From Callorhinchus milii (Eukaryota), in the NCBI RefSeq assembly GCF_018977255.1, contig NW_024704743.1, forward strand, positions 50,098,001 to 50,162,000: DNA of 64,000 nucleotides, read 5' to 3'. A model generated the notes under the pieces. It was given only the letters and a program-made list of their open reading frames with translations, did not search any database and was not told the DNA's origin. Positions 29,650 through 41,812 of this stretch are shown one piece after another. Within the stretch, counting starts at the first letter, position 1. Each line of letters starts with the position of its first letter. The position numbers were made by a program, and so were the translations under genes.

Positions 29650-32632
29650 GGGATGGGGGAGGTAAAAACATAGTAAAGTATAGTCCACCACAGTTAAACT
29701 TGAGATCAACAAAAGCAAGAGAGCAGATTAACAAGGGAGAAGAGCAAAGTGTGTCAAGCAGGGAAAGGAAGTACAGTGATAGAGTGCTGGTGAATAGGGT
29801 TAATAGCCGGAAGTCAGAATTAAGGGCGCTATATCTGAATGCACGAAGCATTCGTAACAAGATAGATGAATTAGTTGCACAAATAGAGACAAACCGGTAT
29901 GATCTAGTAGCCATCACCGAGACATGGTTACAGGGTGATCAGGGATGGGAACTGAATATTCCCGGCTACGTGGTATATAGGAAAGATAGGCGATGTGGTA
30001 AACGAGGAGGGGGAGTGGCCCTGCTAATAAAGGATGGGATAAAAACAGTAGAGAGGAAAGATTTTAAATCTGAAAAGCAAGATGTAGAGTCAGTATGGGT
30101 AGAGATACGTAACTTCAAGGGGCAGAAAACTATAGTGGGAGTAGTTTATAGACCCCCAAACAGTGGTCAAAGTATCGCTCAAGGTATAAATCAAGAGATT
30201 AGTGGAGCATGTAGCAAAGGAAAGACACTAATTGTGGGTGATTTTAACCTGCACATAGACTGGGACAACCAAATTGGGAAAGGTAACATAGAAGAGGAGT
30301 TTATAGAATGTATTAGAGATAATTTTCTAGATCAATATGCTGAGGAGCCGACCAGGGAACAAGCCATATTAGACCTTGTTTTGTGTAATGAAACAGGGCT
30401 GATCAGCAAACTGGAACTTAAGGCTCCTCTAGGGCAAAGCGATCATAATATGATGGAATTTAGCGTTAAGTTAGAGAGGGAAGTAGTTAAGTCTGAAGCA
30501 AAAGTCTTCAATTTAAATCGAGCCAACTTTGCTGGTATGAGAGAGGATTTAGCCAGAATAAACTGGGAGACTAAACTTAAAGATTTGACGGTAGACCAGC
30601 AATGGCAGACATTCAAGGAGATAGTGCAAAATTCCCAACGAGCACATATTCCTTTGAGGAATAAGAATGCCATGGGAAAGGTGGTGCAGCCATGGCTAAC
30701 TAGAGCAGTTAGGGAAAGTATCAAATCAAAAGAAAAAGCCTATAAAACAGCGAAGATGAGTAGTAAACCCGAGGATTGGGAGAACTTTAGGGAACAACAG
30801 AGGAGGACCAAAAAATTGATCAAGAGGGAGAAAATAGATTACGAGGGCAAACTAGCAAAGAACATAAAAACAGACTCCAAGAGTTTTTACAAATATATAA
30901 AGAGGAAAAGGCTAGCGAGGGTGAATGTGGGTCCATTACAGGCAGAGACCGGAGGAATTATAATAGGGGACAAAGACATGGCAGAGTCATTAAACAAGTA
31001 TTTTTCTACAGTCTTCACCGTAGAAGACACTGGAAACATACCAAAAATAGAGGACCAAGAAGACAATGTTAGCGAGCAACTTAGGGAGATTAACATTAGT
31101 AAAGAGATGGTTCTAGGTAAATTGTCGGGTCTTAAAACCGATAAATCCCCTGGACCGGATGGCCTGCATCCGAGAGTTTTAAAGGAGGTGGCTACTGAGA
31201 TAGTGGATGGCATGTCTATAATCTTCCAAAAGTCTGTGGATACTGGAAAAGTTCCCATTGATTGGAAGATTGCAAACGTAACTCCACTATTTAAGAAGGG
31301 TGGGAGAGAAAATAGGGAAAACTATAGACCAGTTAGTTTGACGTCAGTTGTAGGGAAAATTCTTGAGTCCTTAATAAAAGACGTAGTTATGGGATACCTG
31401 GAAGACCATAAAAAGATTAGGCAGAGTCAACATGGCTTTACAAAAGGGAAGTCATGCTTGACTAACCTTTTAGAATTTTTTGAGGATGTATCCAGCAGGT
31501 TGGATAAGGGGGAACCAGTAGATGTGGTATATTTGGATTTTAGGAAGGCATTTGACAAGGTGCCACACAAAAGGCTGTTACTCAAGATCAAGGCCCACGG
31601 GATTAATGGGAAAATATTAACATGGATAGAAGAGTGGCTATCGGGTAGAAAGCAGAGAGTAGTGATAAACGGATCATTCTCGAATTGGCAGGATGTAACT
31701 AGTGGAGTGCCACAAGGATCAGTGCTTGGGCCTCAGCTATTTACCATTTACATCAATGATCTGGACGAGGACATTGAATGTAATGTGTCTAAATTCACGG
31801 ATGATACTAAACTAGGTAGCAGAGTGAGCTCTCAAGATGATGCAAAAAGATTGCAACAAGATATAGATAAGCTAGGGGAGTGGGCAAGTAGGTGGCAGAT
31901 GCAATTCAATGTTAGCAAGTGTGAAATTATTCACCTAGGTAGCAAGAATAAAAGAACAGATTATTTTCTGGAAGGGGAGAAGTTAGATAGTGTTAGTATT
32001 CAAAGGGATTTGGGTGTCCTTGTACACCAGTCCCAAAAAGTTAGTTTGCAGGTGCAGCAAGCAACTAAGAAGGCGAACGGCATGTTAGCGTTCATTTCGA
32101 AAGGTTTAGAATATAAGAGTAGGGAAGTCTTGCTGCAACTGTATAGGGCTTTGGTGAGACCGCACCTAGAGTATTGTGTGCAGTTTTGGTCTCCTTATTT
32201 AAAAAAGGACATACTTGCCCTAGAGGGGGTGCAGCGTAGATTCACTCGGTTAGTTCCTGGGATGAGGGGACTGACCTATGAGGATAGGCTGAATAAACTA
32301 GGGCTGTATTCTCTAGAGTACAGAAGAATTAGGGGGATCTTATTGAAACTTATAAGATTCTTAAAGGGCTGGATAAAGTAGACACTGAGGGTCTGTTTCC
32401 CCTGGTAGGAGAATCTATAACCAGGGGTCACAGTCTTAAAATTAAGGGTCAGCCTTTTAGAACAGAGTTGAAGAAACATTTCTTCACTAAGAGGGTAATG
32501 AACTTATGGAATTCACTACCCCAGAAGGCTGTAGATGCTCAGTCCTTGAACATTTTCAAGGCTGAGACTGATAGATTCTTGAAAAATAGAGGGATTAGGG
32601 GATATGGGGATAGGGCAGGTAATCAGAGTTAG
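29622..32632 (+). pseudogene. CR1 ORF2 (APE endonuclease + reverse transcriptase), 1-bp frameshift near the C-terminus
   Basis: YLNARS, ITETW, GDFN, SDH (EN); [39 protein letters not shown] (RT). A 5-G run at 32332-32336 shifts the frame; adding one G restores RGDLIETYKIL...WNSLP...GIRGYG to TAG at 32630-32632. Confidence 0.93.
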
Positions 32633-33879
32633 GTGAGAAGATCAACAATGGCGGAGCAGGCACGAAGGGCCGAATGGCCTACTCCTGCTCCTAATTCTTA
32701 TGTTCTTATGTTCTTATTCTCTTCCCAAATGTTTTCTTGAACCTGCTGAAAATGGAATCTATAGATAGGAAATAATCAATACTATTATGAATTGTATAAA
32801 ACATAGAGCTTGTGTTGTAGTTTAAACTGCAATGTTTCCAAACTCATATTTCTCCAAATGTATTCCCAGGTTGGTCTCCTAACCCAGTTTCAGTGTTAAA
32901 ATATGTGTAAAATTATTAGGTGCTGTGAGTAGAAATGAAACAGACTCAGTCTCCCACTGTGCCTAGTTAATAATAATCCTTACATTTTTTATAGCGTTTT
33001 TCATGCTGGGAAGACATCTCAAAGTACTTCACAGGATGCACTGTAAAGTATAGTGACTGTGTGCTTTTTGTCCGAAAGGATGTTCTGAACGGATTACTAT
33101 TGCATGTCTTTTGGAGGCCGGCTGAAAAGCAACATTTGTATGTCAAGAGGCCACTCACTGATCTTTCTAGTAGCAATACAGTTGAGGAGGACATTGCAAA
33201 GGGAAAAGCTGGGGCAAAATCATTTGAAGCATTCTTCTGGTTGGAGGATAAGTACCATTAAACAAAAGTGTACATCTGTTGGCTGTGATGTTTTGTTCTG
33301 ATATGAAGGGTGCTATACAAGTGTAATTTGTTGTTGTTGTTGTTATGCTCCTTTTGGCTGTTTGTTCCAGGACTGATGCCATGTACTTTGCTTTGAATTT
33401 GAGAAAAAAAAAAACAATTCTTCTAGCACATGAACTCTCCCTTCATAGCATCTAATAGTATTTGTTTTTGGTTTTGGTCCCTATTTTCTTGTCATTGTAC
33501 TGAATGGGAGGGGATCTAGGAGAAGGAGCAGGCCTTTCAGCCCATTCTGCCAGTTTATTAGATCATGGCAAACCTTTTATTTCCAGTTCCCTGCCTTTTC
33601 CCCATACCCTTCAATACCCTTCATAATTATTTATCTCCCTTTTAACTGTTCCAATTATTTCTATCATTATCACTTTCTCTGGTAGCACGTGACCCTTTTT
33701 TGCACTCTCTGAGTTGAAGAGAGGTGAGAAATTGAATGATGTTGCAGAAAAAGACAGGCCTACCCACATTTTTCCACAAACATCTAAAATTCATCTAAAG
33801 TTTTTTATTGCATCGCAGAATTTTTAATCTAATGTCACCCACTTAATTCAATCCAGATACAGACAATCTGCACAATTCG

Positions 33880-34035
33880 ATAACAGCTTTTAAGAGAGAA
33901 GTACATAATTATTTGGGGAGAACAAGTTTGCAGCGCTATGGGGAGAAAGCGGGGGAGTGGGATTGATTTGGACAGGTCTTTTCAAAGAGCCAGCACAGAC
34001 ATGATGGGCCGAATGGCCTCCTTCTGTACTGTATA
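33880..34035 (+). mobile_element. CR1 3' tail
   Basis: atgggccgaatggcctccttctgtactgtatagttctatgattctatg. Confidence 0.8.
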
Positions 34036-34217
34036 GTTCTATGATTCTATGATAAGTACAGAAGTGTAAAATTGAAAATGTTATACAGTATGAAAAGATT
34101 CATCGTAAACATTATTAACAATTGTAGAATCCTCTTGGATTTTTGGTTCAGTGTGAACATTATGAAATTAAGTCAGTGGGACGTGCTGTAATATAGAATT
34201 CAAGAGAGGATAATACA

Positions 34218-34598
34218 TCATCCTAGCTCAGTTGGTAGCAATCGTGTCTCTGAATCAGAAGGTTGATAGGTTCAAGCTCAAGTCAGGACTTTGAACTCAC
34301 AGTCTAGGCTGACGCTCCAATATAGTGCTGAGGGGTGGGAGGGCTGCTGCATTATCAAAGGTGCTGATCCCATCTGCTGTTCAGGTGGATGTAACAGATC
34401 CCATGGCACTATTTGTAAAGAACTAGAATTTTCTCCTGGTGTCCTGGCCAACAATTACTCAAACAAAATTGGTCATTCGCTGTTTTGCCCACAAAATATA
34501 CAGTGGATTTACTTTACAGTATATTCTGTGAAGCTCTTTGAGACATCTCGAAGACATGATAAGGCGCTATATCAAATGCAAGGATTATTATTATTACT
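34218..34598 (+). mobile_element. Older long Deu-domain SINE
   Basis: tagctcagttggtagc head, ggttcaag B box, cccatggcactattt...gtcctggccaaca body, L2-type tail. Confidence 0.78.
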
Positions 34599-34908
34599 GT
34601 CAGTGCAATATTTATCCTCAGACACTTGAGCGAGATTCATCAACACATATTTTGTTGCATGGCCAATTACCAGAATGTTTATTATTATGTTTATTATATG
34701 TTACGTTAAGCATATAATGATGAGATAAAGTTACATCAAACATTTTACGGTAACTTTATGCTGCGGTTTTCATGTCGAATGAACATCTCAAAACACTTCA
34801 AGGGATAATATTAATGCAGAGCTGGAAAGTGCCACAAAACAAATTATTAAAACAGCAGTGGCTAGGAACACACAGCAGATCAGGCAGCATCTATGGAGAG
34901 AGGAAAAT

Positions 34909-34946
34909 GAGTTAATGTTTCAGGTCTATGACCTTTCATCAGGACT
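34909..34946 (-). ncRNA. Minimal hammerhead ribozyme-like motif in the Penelope left (inverted) terminal repeat
   Basis: Reverse complement reads CUGAUGA-A-AGGUC(AUA)GACCU-GAAAC-AUU-AACUC. Confidence 0.6.
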
Positions 34947-35209
34947 GGGGGATGTTGGAAGGGAGCAGTTTATAAGGACAAGCAGAGAAGAGGGTGGGGA
35001 AAGAAAGACAAAGGAAACATTTAGGTGGAGGGCAGAAGATTACGAGATCAGAGGTGTTGATGGTGTAACATAAAAAATGGTAATACTGGGAGATTATAGA
35101 AAGAAAAGACGCATCTAAGACCCAGAGGGTGTGTGAATGGTTATAGAAGAGGGAGAGGGGGGAGGCAAGGCTGAGCGAAAATGGGAGCTGTGTTTAGGGT
35201 CTGAACACA

Positions 35210-38200
35210 GACAACAACAACCACAACAAGTTACACTTATATAGCGCCCTTCACGTCGGAAAGACGACATAGTGCCCTAGACAGTCAGGGGTTTTGGACC
35301 TGAGTTGGGAGTTGGGGTCAGGAGGGGTGGAGGGCAGGAAAGGTGGAGGTGGGAGGGTGGCCAAAGGCACGGTCAAAGAGGAACGTCTTTTAACGGGACT
35401 TAAAGGAGGCAAGATAGGAGTGAAGTGGAGGGATTGCGGGATAGAATTCCAGAGTGTGTGGACATAGACACCAAAAACAATAATAAATTGGTCATTTTCA
35501 ATCTACGACTGTTTGTGGGACATTGCTGTGCGCAATTGGCTGCCGCGTTCGCCCACAAATATACAGTCAATTCACTTTACAGTGTGTTCTGTGAAGCGCT
35601 TTGGGACGTCCTCCCGACGTGAAAAGCGCTATATCAAATGCAAGGATTATTATTATTATAAATGTTGAATGCCCGACCACCAATGGTGGGGCGAGAAGTG
35701 TGGGGGACCTGAAACAGGAGGGGTCCACCAAGCAGAGGGAGCGGACAGGCTGGTATGGGGTTAGGAGGTCAGAGAAGTAGGGGGACCAAGACCGTGGAGG
35801 GCTTTGAAGGTGAGAATGTCATCCTGGAGGCCAAAAAAATCTCAAAGATATTGTTTTCCATTGTCCATCTCCTTCTCTGTGCGCCCCCTATAGCTCCCTC
35901 TACCCTCACATCAAATGCCAAGTGCAAAGAGGTCCTAGACTTCTTCACTTCAAAGATTAAAAACATCCACTTGGCTGCATCATCTCCCCCCCACCCATGT
36001 CCCTGTCCACCCCACCCAGACCATCCATACTCCCTCCAGCACTCCTACCACTTCCCCCTCCTTACACTACTTTGCCCCCATTTCTCCCTCCTCTCTCTCA
36101 ATCACAATCACCCGCATGAAGTTCACCACCTGCTGCCTCGACCCCCTCCCCACTCAGCTGCTGGTCACTCAAATCCCCCTCCTTTCTCCCTTGTTAGTCG
36201 ACAGCATAAACCAGTCTCTCTCCTCAGGCTCTGTTCCGTTCTCCCTGAAAACCGCTGTCATCCCAGCCCTCCTCAAAAATCCCACCCTCGATCCCTCTAA
36301 TCTCTCACACTACCATCCCATCTCCAACCTATCCTTGCTTGCTAAAGGCCATCAATGCATTGTTTCAGGTCAACTTCGGTCACACCTCTCCCTCCTCGAG
36401 CCCCTGCACTTAGGTTTTTGCCCTGCCCACGGCACAGAGAGTGCTTGTCAAAGTCACAAACGACGTCCTCTCTATCTGTGATTAAGGCTCCATCTGCCTC
36501 CTCGTCCCCCTGGATCTCTGCCACATTCAACACAGTCAACTATGCCATCCTGCTCCACCACCTTTCCTCCCTCATCTACCTCAGTGGAACCGCACTCGCA
36601 TGGTTCAAGTCCTACGTAACCACCTGCCTCCACTTCACATCGGCAAATGGTTTCTCCTCTCATTCCTGCCGGGTCACCTGCGGTGTACCCCAGGACTCCA
36701 TCCTTGGCCCCCTTCTTTTCCTCATCTATATGCTATATGCTCCCTCTGGGCAATGTCATCCGCAGACACGGGGTAAACTTCCACATGTTTGCGGATGACA
36801 CACAAATCTACTTTGGCTCCTCCAGCATCGACTCCAGGTCAGCCAATATTCTATCAGTTTGTCTGGCAGACATCAGGGCCTGGATGAGTGTAAACTTCCT
36901 GCAGCTGAATGTGGACAAGAGGGAAGCCATTCTCCTTGGCTCCCTTCAACATCTTCACTTCTGTGGATCTAAACTCCTCAACCTCCCTGGCTCTCCCTCA
37001 GACTTAACGAACCAGTGCGCAACCTAGGCGTCCGGTTCGACCCTCAGCTGTCCTTCCTCCCCCACATCCGGTCACTGACCAGGATCTCCTTCTTCCACCT
37101 CTGCCACATTGCCCACCTCTGACTGTATTTTACCCCTAATGCAGCCAAAACCCTCCTGCATGCATTTGTCACCTCCCGCTTCGATTACTCACTGGTCTCC
37201 CCAGCTCCACAATTCAAAAGATCTAGCTCATTCAAAACTCTCCCTCCCGTATACTGAACTGAACCGAATTCCATATCCACATCGCACCAGTTCTGGCTAG
37301 GCTCCACTGGCTCCCCACCACCGAACAGATCGACATCAAGATCCTCACACACGTGTTCAAATCTATTCACTCTCTGGCACCTCCCTACCTCTCTGACCTC
37401 CTCACTCCCCAATCCACCACCCTGTGCCTCCACTCGACTGGCACCGGCCTCCTACTTGTGCCTTGCACTTTTCGCTCCACCATTGGAAGTTGAGCTTTCA
37501 GCCACTACACCCCAAAACTGTGGAACACTCTCCCTCAATCCCTCTGCCTTGCCCCCTCTCTCCCTTTTTTCAAGTTCCGCCTGAAAACTTTCCTTTTTGA
37601 CCGTGCTGATGGTCACCTCCCCCCACAGTTCAAAGTCAGGCTCCGGCACTGTTAAGGACTTTAAGTCGTTACCCTTCATGGAGGGTGCTATGTAAGTGCA
37701 AGTTTTTGTTGTTGTTTTGTACTCAATTCTCTGAGGGATGGGGAGCCAGTGAAGTCAACAAGAATTGGGGTGATAAGTTCCCGGAACCTGGTGCACGAGA
37801 GGACACAAGCTGCAGAGTTTTGAATAACCTGCAGCTTGTGGAGCGAAGAGTTGGGAAGTCCAGCGAGCAGGCAGTTAGCATAGTCAGGCCAGGCCATGAT
37901 GAAAACATGGATTAGTGTCTAGGCAGCCTGTGGTGAGAAGCAGTTCCAGAGGTGGAGAAAGACGGAATGGGTCATGGCATGAATGTGGGATATGAAGAAT
38001 AGCTGAGGGTCGAAAAGGACACCAAGGTTTTGTATTGGCTGGGTGAGGTGAAGTGTGCAGCCATGAATGGTTATAGTATCAGCGGCTGAGGTGAGGAGGT
38101 GCTACTGGAGAGCCTCTATCTTGCCAACATTGAGTTGGAGGAAGTTGGCTCTCATCCAGGACTTTTTGTCAGACAGACAATTAGCTGGAACATCAGTGGT

Positions 38201-38350
38201 CCTGGAGTCGAGAGTGGAGGCGGCGAGATAGAGTTGGGTGTCATCCGAATGCAGGTGGAAATTGACCCCATGCCTGCAGATGACATCACCGAGCATGTAT
38301 AATCGAAGAGGAGGGGAATGAGGACAGAGCCCTGAAGGATGTCACATGTG
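35210..38350 (-). mobile_element. L2 LINE 3' fragment split into 35210-35460, 35660-35830 and 37720-38350
   Basis: Tail (CAA)n plus stem-loop at 35210. L2 sequence resumes collinearly after the SINE (35465-35660) and the plus-strand L2. RT motifs QGSVLIPLLF and HSDDTQLY at ~38230-38340. Confidence 0.75.
35835..37718 (+). mobile_element. L2 LINE fragment (RT to 3' tail) inserted into the minus-strand L2
   Basis: TTCCLDPLPT, YHPISNL, GVPQDSILGPLLF, FADDTQIY, LHWLP. Tail gctatgtaagtgcaagtttttgttgttg. Confidence 0.88.
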
Positions 38351-38351
38351 A

Positions 38352-39861
38352 CAATGCGGGAGACCTCCATCTACACCTCTATCCCCCACTAGAATGGCCT
38401 GCAGGCCCTTCACTTCTTCCTGAAACAGTGGCCCAACTGGTCTCCATCCACCACCACCCTCCTCCGCCTGGCTGAATTTATTCTCACAATGAACAACTTT
38501 TCTTTTAACTCCACTCACTTCCTCCAAATAAAATGTGTTGCTACGGGAACCTGCATGGGTCTTAGCTATGCCTGTCTTTTTGAAGGATACATTGAACAAT
38601 CTTTGTTCCAGTCCTACTCAGGTCCACTCCCTGATCTATTCATATGGTACATTGATGACTATGTTGTGCTGCTTCCTGCTCTCGGCTTGAGCTAGAAAAC
38701 TTCATTCATTTTGCTTCCAACTTCCACCCCTCTCTTACCTTCACATGGTCCACCTCTGACTCTTCTCTTCCCTTCTTTGACTTCTCTATCTCCACCTTGG
38801 GGAATAAACTATCCACAGATATTTATTACAAGCCCACCAACTCCCACAGCTACACTTTTTCCCACCGTGCTTTCTGTAAGGATTCCATTCCCTTCTCCCA
38901 GTTTCTCTGCCTTTGCCGCAACTGCTCTGACAATGCCACCTTCCACACTTGAGCTTCTGAAATGTCCTCCTTTTTCCTCAGCCGAGGATTCCCTCCACCA
39001 TGGTAGACTGGGCCCTCGACCGTCCTATTTCCTGCACCTCTGACCTCACCCCTTCCCCGCCCTCCCAGAACCATGATAGGATCCCCCTAGTTCTCACCTT
39101 CCACACCACCAGTCTCCAAGTTTAACGGATAATGCTCCATCATTTCCACTACCTCTCTTGTGATCCCACCGCAAAACACATTTTTCCCTCTCAGCATTCC
39201 AAAGAGACCACTCCCTCCGTAACTCCGTGATCCACTCCTCCATCATCACTAACACCTAGTCTCCTTCCCCCAGCACCTTCCTATGCCAGCGCACAAGATG
39301 CAACACCTGCCCGTTCACCTCCTCCCTTACCATTGTCCAGAGCCCCAAACACTGCTTCCAAGTGAGACAATGATTTACATGTACTTCAACTAATGTAGTT
39401 TACTGTAATAATAATAATCCTTGCATTTGATGTAGCGCCTTATCACGTTTTTGAGACGTCTCAAAGCCCTTCACAGAATATACTGTAAAGCAAATTGACT
39501 GCATATTTGTGGATGAAACACGGCAGCCAATTGTGCAAACAGTCATGGATTGAGTGACCAAATTATTTTTTTTCTGTATTCGCTGCTCACGATGTGGTCT
39601 CCTCTACATTGGGCCACCAAATGCAGATTGGGTGATGACTTTGCCAAACACCTCCATTCCATCCACAAGTGCAATCCTGACCTTCCGGTCGCTTGCCACT
39701 TTAATTCTCCTTCTCACTCCCACTCTGACCTCTTTGTCCATGGCCTCCTCTGCTGTTCAAACAGAGCACAATGCAAGCTCGAGGAACAGCATCTCATCTA
39801 CGTCCTAGGCACCTTAGAGCCCTCTGGCCTCAACATTGATTTTAACCAATTCAGATTCTAA
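38352..39861 (+). pseudogene. Decayed Penelope RT + Cys linker + GIY-YIG endonuclease
   Basis: IYTSIPH, NNFSFNSTHFLQIKCVATGTCMGLSYACLF, WYIDD, CQRTRCNTC, NVVYC/IRCSRCGLLYIG, PVACHFNSPSHSHSDL, EEQHLI, GLN. Many stops and frameshifts; SINE inserted at 39408-39573. Confidence 0.88.
39408..39573 (-). mobile_element. SINE inserted in the Penelope GIY-YIG coding region, 5-bp TSD
   Basis: CTGTA at 39403-39407 and 39574-39578. Removing the insert restores NVVYCIRC. Confidence 0.85.
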
Positions 39862-39928
39862 ACACAGCTCCCATTTTCTCTCAGCCTTGCCTTCCCTATC
39901 CCCCTCTTCTATAACCATTCACACATCC

Positions 39929-40221
39929 TACAACAACAACAACTTGGATTTATATAACGCCCTCCATGCCAGACGGCGTCTCAGAGCGCTTTACAGTAAT
40001 GGATCCCGGGACTGAGCCAGGGAGAGGGGAGGAAGTTAACCAAAGGCGCGGTCGAAAAGAAAGGTCTTCAGCAGAGACCTGAAAATGGGAAGAGAGGGAG
40101 TGAGAAGAAGGGAGTAAGGAAGGCAGTTCCAGAGTCTCGGGGCAAAGTGGCTGAAGGCACGGCCTCCGAGGGTGGGGCGGAGGACTCGGGGGACAAGGAG
40201 AAGGCCAGAACCCGAATCTTC
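39929..40221 (-). mobile_element. L2 3' fragment inserted in the Penelope right terminal repeat
   Basis: (CAA)n tail and stem-loop at 39930-39990; interrupts sequence that is contiguous in the left inverted copy. Confidence 0.78.
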
Positions 40222-40401
40222 CTCTGGGTCTTAGATGCATTGTTTCTTTCTATAATCTCCCACTGTTGCTTTCTTTTGTCTTGAACCATCAACACCTCTG
40301 ATCTAGTCATCTTCTGTCCTCCCTTAAATGTTTCCTTTGCCTTTCTTTCCCTGCCCCTTCTCTGCTTGTCCTTATAAACTGCTCCCTTCCAACATCCCCC
40401 C

Positions 40402-40438
40402 GTTCTGACGAAAGGTCATAGACCTGAAATGTTAACTC
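40402..40438 (+). ncRNA. Minimal hammerhead ribozyme-like motif in the Penelope right terminal repeat
   Basis: GUU-CUGACGA-A-AGGUC(AUA)GACCU-GAAA-UGUU-AAC: core boxes CUGANGA and GAAA flank a 5-bp stem II. Confidence 0.62.
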
Positions 40439-41100
40439 ATTTTCCTCTCTCCATAGATGCTGCCTGACATGCTGTGTGTTCCCAGCGACTTCTGTTTTTA
40501 TTTCAGATTTCCAGCATCTGCAGTATTTTGCCTTTTGAATAAAACAGCAGCTGTCAAAGTTCAGGGATAGGAAAACCAAAATAAATTGTCTTGAAGATCT
40601 ATGGGAAGTTACACTGAGCCCTGCGTATTTTCAGTATCCAGGGACAGCACCTCTGTGGGGTCAAACACACATTGTATTAGCTGAATAATACTAAACAATT
40701 ACAAGCCACATTAGATCCAAAGCGGTCATCTTTTTAATTCTTTGAATTGTAGGCCGACCTTTGAGTTATGCTTTTAACCGCATTTTAGCATGGAGATTGA
40801 TCTGTAGGAGATTAATTGAAATGAGTCTGCCATTTCAAGGATAAGTGGTATAACTGAACCATACCACACATTGTTACGGTATCATATGTCATGCCATATC
40901 CAGTCATATCAAAGCCAGTTTTGATTACACTTTTCTATAGAATTCGTTGGGGAATTGATTCAGATCCAGAACCTTTGGACATATATTGAGCTAAATATCT
41001 TGGTTAATCTCTGCTAAAGAAATAGGGGATTTGTCACCTAGCTATAATAGTTGAAGCTGCTGTCAGTTATATTGCCTCTATTTTGCTATTTTTCATTATA

Positions 41101-41410
41101 ATAATAATAATCCTTGGATTTGATATAGCGCTTTTCATGTCTTCTAGACATCTCAAAGTGCTTCACAGAATATGCTGTAAAGTGAATTGACTGTATATTT
41201 GTGGGCGAAACGCGGCAGCCAATTGCACACAGCAATATCCCACAAACAGTCATGGATTGAAAATGAGCAACTTATTATTGTTTTGTTTTGAAGGGATTAT
41301 TATTAGGCGTGTGGAGTTCAGGAAACTTGCCCAAGATTTCGCCCTGCCTGGAATTGAACCCAGGTGTCTCCTTGCAAGGCAAGTGCTCTCACCACTGAGC
41401 TACAGGACTC
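41101..41410 (-). mobile_element. Full-length SINE, same family
   Basis: Reverse complement of head (GAGTCCTGTAGCTCAGTGG), core and tail. Confidence 0.9.
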
Positions 41411-41459
41411 TTTGATAGGTCAACATATATAGAATATTAAATCATTACATAGAGGCATA

Positions 41460-41812
41460 ACAAAGTACAACAATAAAATTACATTTATTGAGCCCCTTTC
41501 ACGTCGGGAGGACGTCCCAAAGCACTGAACAGTCAGGTGTTGAGGCCCGAGCATGGGGGAGGGGTGGTGTAGGAGTGAGGGAAGGTAGGGAGGTGGGAGG
41601 GAGACCAAAGGCACGGTCAAAGAGAAGGATCTGGAGACTGCCCTTGAAGGAGGCACAGGGAGGAAGCGAGGCAAAGAGACCGTGGGATGGAGTTCCAGTG
41701 TGTGGGGGCAGAGAGGCTGAAAGCCCGGCCACCGATACTAGGGCTGGTCGGGCAGGAGACATGGAGCAGGACAGAGCCCGATGAACAAAGAGAGTGGGCA
41801 GGTTGGTAGGGA
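41460..41812 (-). mobile_element. L2 3' fragment, same subfamily as 56090-56380
   Basis: Near-identical gggaggacgtcccaaagc(a/g)ctgaacagtcaggtgt...gagaggctgaaagcccggccaccgat in both copies. Confidence 0.85.

Larger units (their letters stand above)
28560..32716 (+). mobile_element. Near full-length CR1-clade LINE (5' UTR, ORF1, ORF2, 3' stem-loop, (TTCTTATG)n tail)
   Basis: ORF1 and EN-RT ORF2 present. 3' UTR stem GGAGCAGG(32653-60)/CCTGCTCC(32684-91) encloses GGCC-GAAT-GGCC. 8-mer tandem tail follows. 5' boundary approximate. Confidence 0.95.
34849..40540 (+). mobile_element. Penelope-like element (Neptune type) with inverted terminal repeats and nested insertions
   Basis: 34849-35205 is the reverse complement of 39850-39928 + 40222-40500. 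Decayed RT and GIY-YIG coding sequence at ~38352-39861. Confidence 0.85.

Noticed and set aside
28851..31258. Antisense ORFs (222, 103, 93, 123 aa) within the CR1
   Set aside because: No recognisable motifs; typical shadow ORFs opposite a long coding frame.
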